Both the position numbers and the translations under genes were made by a program. Shown here piece by piece: positions 57,414-64,000 of a stretch of 64,000 bases of DNA; positions within the stretch are counted from its first letter, which is position 1; each line of letters opens with the position of its first letter. This DNA comes from Firmicutes bacterium UBA5493 (GTDB lineage: Bacteria; Bacillota; Limnochordia; Darwinibacteriales; Darwinibacteriaceae). Below the pieces are notes generated by a model. The model searched no databases. It saw only the letters and a program-made list of their open reading frames with translations, and was not told where the DNA came from. The stretch lies in the NCBI GenBank assembly GCA_002424045.1, contig DIPH01000001.1, forward strand, positions 13,484-77,483, given 5' to 3'.

Positions 57414-57625
57414 GCACTTTCGGTTCCATTTTTTGACCTCCATTTTTTGACCAAAACTCTCATCAGAATTTCGGATTTATCTGGTTAATTATTGGCTTTC
57501 GTATCTTGCTCGGCTCCACATTTGTCGTATACCAGCCATGTTTGTGATCGCAGCCTGCCAATTGACACAATCCGTTTAACTTATGTTGCTTCATCTCGTG
57601 CTCCTTCTTCATTTGAGGATCATGG

Positions 57626-57790
57626 CTAAGAACTACGTTTCGCAATATAGGTGCCCGCAAAAGAAAGCAGATAGATGGCGGCAAAATAACCTGTCTGCAG
57701 GTGATCTTTTGCCAAGAACCAGATAAAAAACGTGATAAGAAAAGCTATTCGTGCGGCAGAGAAAAGCTCTTGGAAACGAAATGGATTCAT
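57626..57790 (-). CDS. small 2-TM membrane protein (55 aa), hypothetical
   Basis: AAAGGTGG RBS 7 nt before ATG 57790. Hydrophobic sequence MNPFRFQELFSAARIAFLITFFIWFLAKDHLQTGYFAAIYLLSFAGTYIAKRSS. Lies just downstream of the ABC-2 permeases. Confidence 0.3.
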   Translation of the reverse strand: MNPFRFQELFSAARIAFLITFFIWFLAKDHLQTGYFAAIYLLSFAGTYIAKRSS

Positions 57791-57833
57791 GCATAAACCA
57801 CCTTTATCATCCACACCAGAGGTCTCATAACTT

Positions 57834-58490
57834 TTAGAATTCCCTCCTCCCATACAGCCGAAGGGATACCACAAACGAAATCCCCACCCATAGTGCGACG
57901 AAAACTCCAAAGATAGCTAAGCCAGCTATGTCGCTTGTAACCTCGGGCAAACGCTTCACCAATGGGTCGAGCCAGGCGGGTTTTTCTGGAATTAGGGCTG
58001 GCAACATCGATCCCAGGATCATGATGCCGAAAAAGAGAATGAAGTGCCAGTAGCGGGATTTTGTATAGCCCACAGCAAAAAAGACAGGAAAATACAAGCT
58101 AGCTGCTACAAAGACTGCCCCTACGCCAAGAACTATGCCAACAGGATCCAGAGGCATGGCGGCTATGGGACCACCGAGCAAGGACAGAACTGTACTGACA
58201 ATCCAATAGACAATAATGACGATGAGCGCATACAGAGGAATCGATAGATATTTCGCACCCACAATCTTCCGTTTGGAGACAGGAAGGCTATTCCATAACA
58301 CATCGGAACTGTTCTTCTCCTCCCAGGCCGCCCCCAGCATGACAAACATATAACCAACTGCACTAATAATCGCGATAAGCTGACCTGCACCCATACCCTG
58401 AAATGCAAAGGTGAACACCAGAACATACAGGACAGCCGCTCCTAGCATCTTCTTCTGAAGCAATAGGTCTTTGACAATTAAATATCCCAC
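57834..58490 (-). CDS. ABC-2 family permease (YtrC/YtrD-like), paralog 2
   Basis: 6-TM protein. N-terminus MGYLIVKDLLLQKKML parallels the adjacent paralog. Confidence 0.65.
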   Translation of the reverse strand: MGYLIVKDLLLQKKMLGAAVLYVLVFTFAFQGMGAGQLIAIISAVGYMFVMLGAAWEEKNSSDVLWNSLPVSKRKIVGAKYLSIPLYALIVIIVYWIVSTVLSLLGGPIAAMPLDPVGIVLGVGAVFVAASLYFPVFFAVGYTKSRYWHFILFFGIMILGSMLPALIPEKPAWLDPLVKRLPEVTSDIAGLAIFGVFVALWVGISFVVSLRLYGRREF

Positions 58491-58505
58491 AGCATTTTCC
58501 CCTTT

Positions 58506-59111
58506 CTAAAACTCCCGTCGCTGATAGAAATAAAGCGAAATCCCAAACGAGACAGCGACAAAGATGCCCACAATACCCACTGACAGTATCATCATCAAAG
58601 CAGTAAAGTGCATCTCCCTAAATTGACTCAAGGACGGCATCAAGTAGAGACAACCGACATACAAGATAATACCTGTATAACGCGATTTAACATAACCCAG
58701 AGCATAGTACAGCGGCCAATATACACCGCTTACCAATGCAACGATCAGTACGCCAGAGAGTATGCTCGGAAAATTTACAGCCAATGCAGTTTCTGAAGAA
58801 CTAATCAACTTGCCGACAGCACTAGAGAGAAGAGCGAGCGCTAGGGCCCCTGCCAGATAAACGAAAATAGACAGATACTTTGCGCCCACGATTTTCCACG
58901 TCGGGATAGGAACGCTATTCCAGAGCACATCGGACTTGCTCTCCCAGGCTGTGCTAAATATAATCAGAATAAAACCAACTATACTCATGGCTAGAACAAT
59001 CTGCCCATCAGTCATGCCTTGAAACAGGAAACCCAATACAATCACATAGACACAGACTAAAACCAAGATGCGTTTCTGTAGCATAAAGTCCTTGAGGAGT
59101 AAATGCCTCAT
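58506..59111 (-). CDS. ABC-2 family permease (YtrC/YtrD-like), paralog 1
   Basis: 6-TM protein. N-terminus MRHLLLKDFMLQKRIL. Overlaps the ATPase by 4 nt. Confidence 0.65.
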   Translation of the reverse strand: MRHLLLKDFMLQKRILVLVCVYVIVLGFLFQGMTDGQIVLAMSIVGFILIIFSTAWESKSDVLWNSVPIPTWKIVGAKYLSIFVYLAGALALALLSSAVGKLISSSETALAVNFPSILSGVLIVALVSGVYWPLYYALGYVKSRYTGIILYVGCLYLMPSLSQFREMHFTALMMILSVGIVGIFVAVSFGISLYFYQRREF

Positions 59112-59974
59112 ACTACCTTTTCCCTTGTACAGTAAAGCATAATATCCTCTAGAGTTGGCCTTTCTAGAACCGCCTTGCCACCCGTCAAGCGCTCCACAGA
59201 TTCCCTTTCTTTCACTAGACCTTCGAATCCGAATTGATTCTCCCGCACACCGACTAGATAGGGACGCAAGTTGGCATCCAAGGCTGACCGCTCACCTTTA
59301 ATTAGGGTGTAGGTTTCAAAGAGCTCCTCTTTCGATGTGCTAAATACGATATTCCCCTGATGAATAAGGGTCACGTAATCAGCAATCCTGTCTAAATCCG
59401 AGGTAATATGGGACGAGAAAAGGATGGAGCATCGTTCGTCTTGAATCACTTCACTCAAAATATCCAAGAGCTCACTGCGAACAATGGGGTCAAGCCCCGA
59501 GGTGGGCTCATCCATAATCAGAAGCTCCGCTTTATGGGCCAGGGCTACGGCTAAAGCATACTTCATCTTCATTCCCCGGGAGAAGGTTTTAATCTTCTTG
59601 TCAGCGGGTAAAGCAAAGCGATGCACATAGTGGTTATAGGTATCCCAATCCCAATTTTTATAGAAGGGGGCTACAACCTTGGTCATCTGTATGATGGTTA
59701 ATTCCTCGTAGAAGTGATTATCGTCGTAGACAAAACCAATCCTCTGTTTGACCTCCTGCTCATGTCTTCTAGAATCCAGGCCGAAGACTTTGATTTCTCC
59801 CATGTCAAGATGAAGGAGATTCATAATGAGCTTAATTGTCGTTGTCTTGCCAGAACCATTGGCCCCAATAAATCCCATAATGTACCCAGGCTCCAAAGTA
59901 AAACTGATGCCGTTAAGCTTAAATCCGGTAAAATTCTTCACCACATCGCGCAATTCCAAAATCGGTCCCATCAT
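59108..59974 (-). CDS. ABC transporter ATP-binding protein (YtrB-like)
   Basis: Walker A GANGSGKTT, Walker B LLIMDEPTSGLDP, plus a C-terminal extension. Confidence 0.85.
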   Translation of the reverse strand: MMGPILELRDVVKNFTGFKLNGISFTLEPGYIMGFIGANGSGKTTTIKLIMNLLHLDMGEIKVFGLDSRRHEQEVKQRIGFVYDDNHFYEELTIIQMTKVVAPFYKNWDWDTYNHYVHRFALPADKKIKTFSRGMKMKYALAVALAHKAELLIMDEPTSGLDPIVRSELLDILSEVIQDERCSILFSSHITSDLDRIADYVTLIHQGNIVFSTSKEELFETYTLIKGERSALDANLRPYLVGVRENQFGFEGLVKERESVERLTGGKAVLERPTLEDIMLYCTREKVV

Positions 59975-60354
59975 TCACCCTCCAATACAGACGTAAATAT
60001 CTTGTTCAGTTCAGACTTGGTTAGGCCCATCGTCTTTGCAGCCTCAATGGCCTCTTTGAGCTTATCTTCCACAAGACGCTTTTTGGACTCGTCTAGCCTG
60101 TGCTCGTCATGCCTAGCCACAAAAGACCCCTTACCCGGCATCGTGTAAATCAGACCATCCTTCTCCAATTCCTCATAGGCCCGCTTGGTAGTAATCACAC
60201 TAATCTTTAGTTCCTTTGCCAAGACCCGAATCGATGGAAGGGGCTGATCTGCACCCAGTTCACCCCGCAAAATGGCTGCCTTGATCTGGTCAACAATCTG
60301 CTGATAGATGGGCAGCTCACCGCTATTAGTTATGATGATATCAATGCAAACCAC
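59971..60354 (-). CDS. GntR-family transcriptional regulator (YtrA-like, short effector domain)
   Basis: HTH IRVLAKELKISVITTKRAYEELE. The N-terminus parallels B. subtilis YtrA. The start is uncertain (GTG at 60354 with GGGAGG immediately adjacent). Confidence 0.78.
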   Translation of the reverse strand: MVCIDIIITNSGELPIYQQIVDQIKAAILRGELGADQPLPSIRVLAKELKISVITTKRAYEELEKDGLIYTMPGKGSFVARHDEHRLDESKKRLVEDKLKEAIEAAKTMGLTKSELNKIFTSVLEGE

Positions 60355-60513
60355 CTCCCATACTGTTCATATACACTATACACAGTGCCAGAGAAAAAGT
60401 CAACAAAAAACTCCTAAGAAAAAACTTGAGACAAGCTTTCTTAGGAGCCAAAGCCTATTATAGGTGTAAATATGGGGACATTACCACAGACTAAAAACAA
60501 AAGGAGAATCGAT

Positions 60514-60747
60514 ATGCCAAAACAATACCTCAAGTACGGAGGCGTACGTTTTATAAATAACGCTACGCCAGAAGAAATCAACGCTTTTGTAGATGGACTA
60601 TCTGAAACCCAGCGCCGCTCCCTCTTTAACGTGGTTACCCTTTTGGAAGAAGAGGGTTTCATCAGCCTAATTGAAGGCGATACGACCACAATCGACAAAA
60701 ATATGGAAGAATTCTTGGTGCCCAACAGCGGCCCCGAGCTTAAGTAG
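60514..60747 (+). CDS. small hypothetical protein (77 aa)
   Basis: AAAGGAGA RBS before ATG 60514. Divergent from the ytrA-like operon; its 3' end overlaps the histidine kinase stop by 8 nt. Confidence 0.35.
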   Translation: MPKQYLKYGGVRFINNATPEEINAFVDGLSETQRRSLFNVVTLLEEEGFISLIEGDTTTIDKNMEEFLVPNSGPELK

Positions 60748-62188
60748 CGTCACTTTGGGGAAGGACCACAGAAATCCGGCTGCCAAAATCTTCCCGGCTA
60801 AAAACTTCTAAATGGCCCCCATGGCGTTCTGCGATCCATTTGGCGATGGACAAGCCTAGACCCGTTCCCCCTGTGGCCCTGGCCCTTGATTCATCAGCCC
60901 GATAAAAGCGATCAAAAATATGGGGAATATCACCTGGAGGAATACCAATTCCCGAATCCTGCACAGTAAACCAGACCTTACCTTCAGCACTCGTCACCAC
61001 AATACGAATGGTACCGCCTACAGGAGTGTACTTGATGGCGTTATCTACTAAAATGCGTCCAGCCTGCTTCACCAGCCCCTGGTCAGCTAGGACAAAAGCT
61101 TCACTGGCTTGTACTTCAAATTTATGACCCCCGTTGATCATCTCCGTCTCACGGAAAATTGTCTGGGCAAGGGTCCCAAGATCAAAACGTTCCAAATCTA
61201 AGTGCATGGTGTTGTTATCACCCCGGGCCAAGAAGAGCAGCTGCTCCACTAGGTCCTTCATATTTGCCGCCTCTTCTTTGAGGGCATCGATGGACTCTTG
61301 CAGAGCCTCGGGATCGTTTTTTCCCCAGCGATCCAGAAGGTTGGCATAGCCTTGGATGGCAGCGATGGGCGTTCTGAGTTCATGGGATGCATCCGAGACA
61401 AAGCGGGCCTGCAGGCGGTAGGAGTCGTTAATCCGTTCTAAGAGACTATTGATGGCGATGGCCAAGTTTTTCAGTTCATCCTGGGTGCTATCGAGATCAA
61501 TGCGGGTATCTAGTCGGGCCGCGTTGATTTCATCGAGGGTCCCGGCCAGAGCCTGCATTTCTCTGACGGATAGGGGTCCTTTTTCTTTAGAAAGGGTTTG
61601 GGCTTGCTGGGCTAAGTCAGAAATGGGTCTTAGAACATCCCGAATCAAATCAGCCCTCGTAATCATCGTTCTAAAGAGGTGCAAGAGCTGCACTACTAAA
61701 AGCACCAAGAAAAGCGTTTTTAGGACCCAGATTGTGGAGGAAAAGTGTACAATAACTGTAGTCGGGGTATCGTCAATATCCAACTCCAGTTGGTACTGGA
61801 GATGATCAAAAAGATAGTATAAGGACACATCGTCTTCTCGGGGAAGGTTCACCATCCTTAATGCCGTCTGGGTTTTTAGGGGAAGGACCTCCTGAATCCT
61901 CTCAGGCAAAGCAATCCCCCTTGTGGGCAGAGTGGTTGGGGCAATTTCCAGTCCTTGCTCAAGTAGCCACCTGTTTTCCCCCTCTGTGGGCAGGCCATAA
62001 AGCTCTACATGCTGCACCGCTTGGAGGGCCTTACGTTCCCCCACCACAAGTAAAAGGACACCACTGGCCATTACAAACATCATATTCAACATTAAGAAAA
62101 GCCCGAGGGAGCGAGCCCAGAGCTGAACATTTAGCTTAGAGACTATGGAAAAGCCAATGGTGTGAACTTTTTCTGGTCTTTTACTCAT
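60740..62188 (-). CDS. sensor histidine kinase (2 TM, HAMP, HisKA, HATPase_c)
   Basis: H-box HELRTPIAAIQGY, N-box and G-boxes GGTGLGLSIAK. 482 aa. Confidence 0.88.
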   Translation of the reverse strand: MSKRPEKVHTIGFSIVSKLNVQLWARSLGLFLMLNMMFVMASGVLLLVVGERKALQAVQHVELYGLPTEGENRWLLEQGLEIAPTTLPTRGIALPERIQEVLPLKTQTALRMVNLPREDDVSLYYLFDHLQYQLELDIDDTPTTVIVHFSSTIWVLKTLFLVLLVVQLLHLFRTMITRADLIRDVLRPISDLAQQAQTLSKEKGPLSVREMQALAGTLDEINAARLDTRIDLDSTQDELKNLAIAINSLLERINDSYRLQARFVSDASHELRTPIAAIQGYANLLDRWGKNDPEALQESIDALKEEAANMKDLVEQLLFLARGDNNTMHLDLERFDLGTLAQTIFRETEMINGGHKFEVQASEAFVLADQGLVKQAGRILVDNAIKYTPVGGTIRIVVTSAEGKVWFTVQDSGIGIPPGDIPHIFDRFYRADESRARATGGTGLGLSIAKWIAERHGGHLEVFSREDFGSRISVVLPQSDAT

Positions 62189-62861
62189 CCCGGATCACAT
62201 ACCCCACGCCTCGAATGGTAGAAATCACTTTGATATCGAATACCTCGTCAATTTTCCCGCGCAAGAAGCGCACATAGACGTCTACAGCATTGGTTTCACC
62301 TTCAAAGTCGAAACCCCACACTTTTTCTAAAATGGTCTCCCGAGACAAAACAATCCCTTTGTTCTCTAAAAGAAATTGGAGCAAATCGAACTCCCTTTTG
62401 GTCAAATCAACAGGTGTTCCCTGCACTGTCACTTGACGACTGGCAGAATCGAGCTCTAAGGGGCCTGCTGTTAGTATTTCGCCATCGGGCCTGGCCGCTG
62501 GCGCTTTGCGTAAGACCGTACGAATACGGGCCAGAAGTTCTTCAATGGCAAAGGGCTTAGTAATGTAGTCATCGGCACCACTATCTAAACCTGAGACTTT
62601 ATCCATGACGCTATCCCGTGCGGTGAGCATAATAACAGGTACAGAGGAGCTGCGCCTAAGGCGACGCAGCACCTCCATGCCACTGAGTCCCGGAAGCATA
62701 ACATCCAGGAGCACTAAGTCGTAGTCTCCAGATTCAGCCATTTCTAGACCTGTCCGTCCGTGGTGAGCCTTGCTAACCTCATAACCTTCGTAAGTGAGTT
62801 CCATCTCTACAAAACGGGCGAACTTCTCTTCATCCTCAATGATTAGAATCCTGGTTTTCAT
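62181..62861 (-). CDS. OmpR-family response regulator
   Basis: Receiver domain LIIEDEE...DLVLLDVMLPG plus a winged-helix C-terminus. Overlaps the kinase gene by 8 nt. Confidence 0.9.
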   Translation of the reverse strand: MKTRILIIEDEEKFARFVEMELTYEGYEVSKAHHGRTGLEMAESGDYDLVLLDVMLPGLSGMEVLRRLRRSSSVPVIMLTARDSVMDKVSGLDSGADDYITKPFAIEELLARIRTVLRKAPAARPDGEILTAGPLELDSASRQVTVQGTPVDLTKREFDLLQFLLENKGIVLSRETILEKVWGFDFEGETNAVDVYVRFLRGKIDEVFDIKVISTIRGVGYVIRDE

Positions 62862-62958
62862 GAAGCGCGCTCCTTTTCCGTTAAATCCTAGTTATGTGGA
62901 CGTTTCCCGAATGGATGTTTCGAGAAGCGAAACTCCTAGATGCTTGCTTTAGCAAGCA

Positions 62959-63438
62959 TCAGTTGTCGTTGCTCACAAACTGGTAGTGGAATCCAAAGAA
63001 CAAACCAATGATGATCAGTGGCAACGTAACCCAGGGCGCAAAGAGCAGCAACAATGCCAATACCGTCACCGGGAAGCTGGCCATGTGCTCTTTTTCTTTG
63101 AGAACTTCAAAGCTGGTTTCATTACCTTTCTTAATCAGGCCGGTAAGAAACTTCCAGATCTTGTCCAAAGTCTCTTTGAAATTGTTATTCGTCTCTTCGT
63201 TAGTGGTTCTACGTCCCCGAGATTGGTCGCCTTTCTCTTCATTAACCGGCTCGGATACACTTTGCTGTTCACTGCGATAGTAACCATCACCCTTTGGCGG
63301 AGCTACTTTGCCCTGTCTCTCCAGGAGGATTAGAGCATCCAGAAGATCCCCATCGGCCTCTTCGTACGCGGCCCTCGCCTCGTCATAACTAACCTGTGCC
63401 CGTTCCCGTAGTTTCTCAATCTGTTCAAGTTTATCCAT
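62959..63438 (-). CDS. DUF4342-like protein: N-terminal UBA-like helix bundle plus a C-terminal TM segment
   Basis: N-terminus EQIEKLRERAQVSYDEARAAYEEADGDLLDALILLERQGKV and a C-terminal hydrophobic helix. Assignment by pattern recognition only. Confidence 0.55.
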   Translation of the reverse strand: MDKLEQIEKLRERAQVSYDEARAAYEEADGDLLDALILLERQGKVAPPKGDGYYRSEQQSVSEPVNEEKGDQSRGRRTTNEETNNNFKETLDKIWKFLTGLIKKGNETSFEVLKEKEHMASFPVTVLALLLLFAPWVTLPLIIIGLFFGFHYQFVSNDN

Positions 63439-63544
63439 GCTGATACTCCTTTCAGAAGCTGTGATACCTTGATTGTACAGGGGCGGGCTTTAAACCCAAT
63501 TTGTGTAACATTAAAAACAGATTAAAAGAAAATTGAAATTCCTC

Positions 63545-64000
63545 CTAGAACGGAAAATCATAATCCAAGTGAAGCTCTTCCATCAAGACGCGGATATCCT
63601 TTTGCAGACTCTCGCTAATGGGGACACCATGCTCTCGCCTTTCAAGAGAAGCGAGATATTCCTTTTCCCCCGCGGTATAAATACGCTCATGGCCAGGGGC
63701 CTTCTTCGAAGCCCGCAAAGCCCGTAGAATCTCACCAGTTGTCTTCTTGAATTCATCCAAACTGATAAAGGGTTCAATATCAATGGCAATAAAGAAGTGT
63801 CCTAGTGCATGGGGAACCTTCTTCCCATCTCGTTGACCTGAAAGGGCATGTAAAAACGCTCCGCCTTGGAGAGCCGCTGAAAGGATTTCTACAACGGTGG
63901 TGAAGCCATAACCCTTATGGCCCCCGGTGATCTCAGAAATTCCACCAAGAGGAGTTAAGGCAGCGTCGCCACTGGTTAGGTCTTTTAAAATAGCATGGGT
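63545..64000 (-). CDS. Ldh_2-family (malate/L-lactate/L-sulfolactate-type) dehydrogenase, C-terminal part; the gene continues beyond the window end
   Basis: My minus-strand translation of 63545-64000 is one open frame ending at the ORF-track segment 63545..63760. It reads ...GGHKGYGFTTVVEILSAALQGGAF...HFFIAIDIEPF..., consistent with Ldh_2. Confidence 0.65.
   Translation of the reverse strand, partial: THAILKDLTSGDAALTPLGGISEITGGHKGYGFTTVVEILSAALQGGAFLHALSGQRDGKKVPHALGHFFIAIDIEPFISLDEFKKTTGEILRALRASKKAPGHERIYTAGEKEYLASLERREHGVPISESLQKDIRVLMEELHLDYDFPF

Noticed and set aside
57425-57452. Tandem GGTCAAAAAATGGA repeats as a second CtsR operator
   Set aside because: CtsR boxes are heptads separated by 3 nt. 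Here the GGTCAAA cores are separated by 7 nt, and the context (pyr operon) does not fit the CtsR regulon. Kept only as an unexplained repeat.
1-64000. CRISPR arrays, transposases, integrases, restriction-modification or toxin-antitoxin modules
   Set aside because: I scanned both strands. Only two-copy short direct repeats (40424-40452, 57425-57452) and the intragenic 240-nt domain repeats are present. No repeat-spacer periodicity and no recombinase-like or nuclease-like ORFs.
1-64000. In-frame UGA selenoprotein genes (expected because selABC are present)
   Set aside because: I looked for adjacent same-frame ORF pairs split by a single stop with a downstream hairpin. None was convincing in this window, so selenoprotein targets must lie elsewhere.

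Overview
This window is a chromosomal core region of a spore-forming Firmicutes genome (Clostridia, probably Peptococcaceae-like), about 50% GC, gene-dense, mostly on the minus strand. No transposase, integrase, CRISPR array or phage genes were seen. Contents from left to right: (1) a lysine-fermentation operon (3-keto-5-aminohexanoate pathway). Order: kdd, a DTBS/CobQ-like P-loop protein, a MutS-domain ATPase, kamD, kamE, kal, kce, then a CoA-transferase A subunit running off the window. kamA is not in the window. (2) ispDF, yacL (PIN/TRAM), carD and a convergent MazG-like Cys-rich gene driven by a consensus sigma-A promoter. (3) The class III heat-shock/DNA-integrity operon ctsR-mcsA-mcsB-clpC-radA-disA with a CtsR operator. 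(4) spmA-spmB, then selA-selB with an antisense tRNA-Sec abutting the selB stop. (5) BPL, htrA, ftsH, tilS, spoIIE, tRNA-Met, H+/Na+-pyrophosphatase, yibE/F, a flhB-C-terminal-like gene, a NatAB-like ABC exporter, rseC-like, tRNA-Asp and sdaAB-sdaAA. (6) An accessory-looking stretch. It holds a triple-FMN-binding, flavinylation-motif exoprotein with tandem DNA repeats, a PfkB kinase, a secreted protein, an M23 lipoprotein and murB. It also holds a putative metal module: a UPF0016/GDT1 transporter fused to a Cys/His tail, a mini-protein, cutC, and a two-repeat transporter with PGCG motifs and a His-rich loop. (7) An ASKHA/ROK-like kinase, an alkA-like glycosylase and an OYE reductase. (8) pyrBCKDFE with a PyrR-type attenuator in its leader and no pyrR in the operon. 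(9) A ytrABCD-like GntR/ABC operon, mini-ORFs, an OmpR-type two-component system, a DUF4342-like protein and a truncated Ldh_2-family dehydrogenase. The strongest leads for new biology are the MutS-like/P-loop pair inside the aminomutase operon, the trivalent extracellular flavoprotein, and the cutC-linked His-rich transporter.
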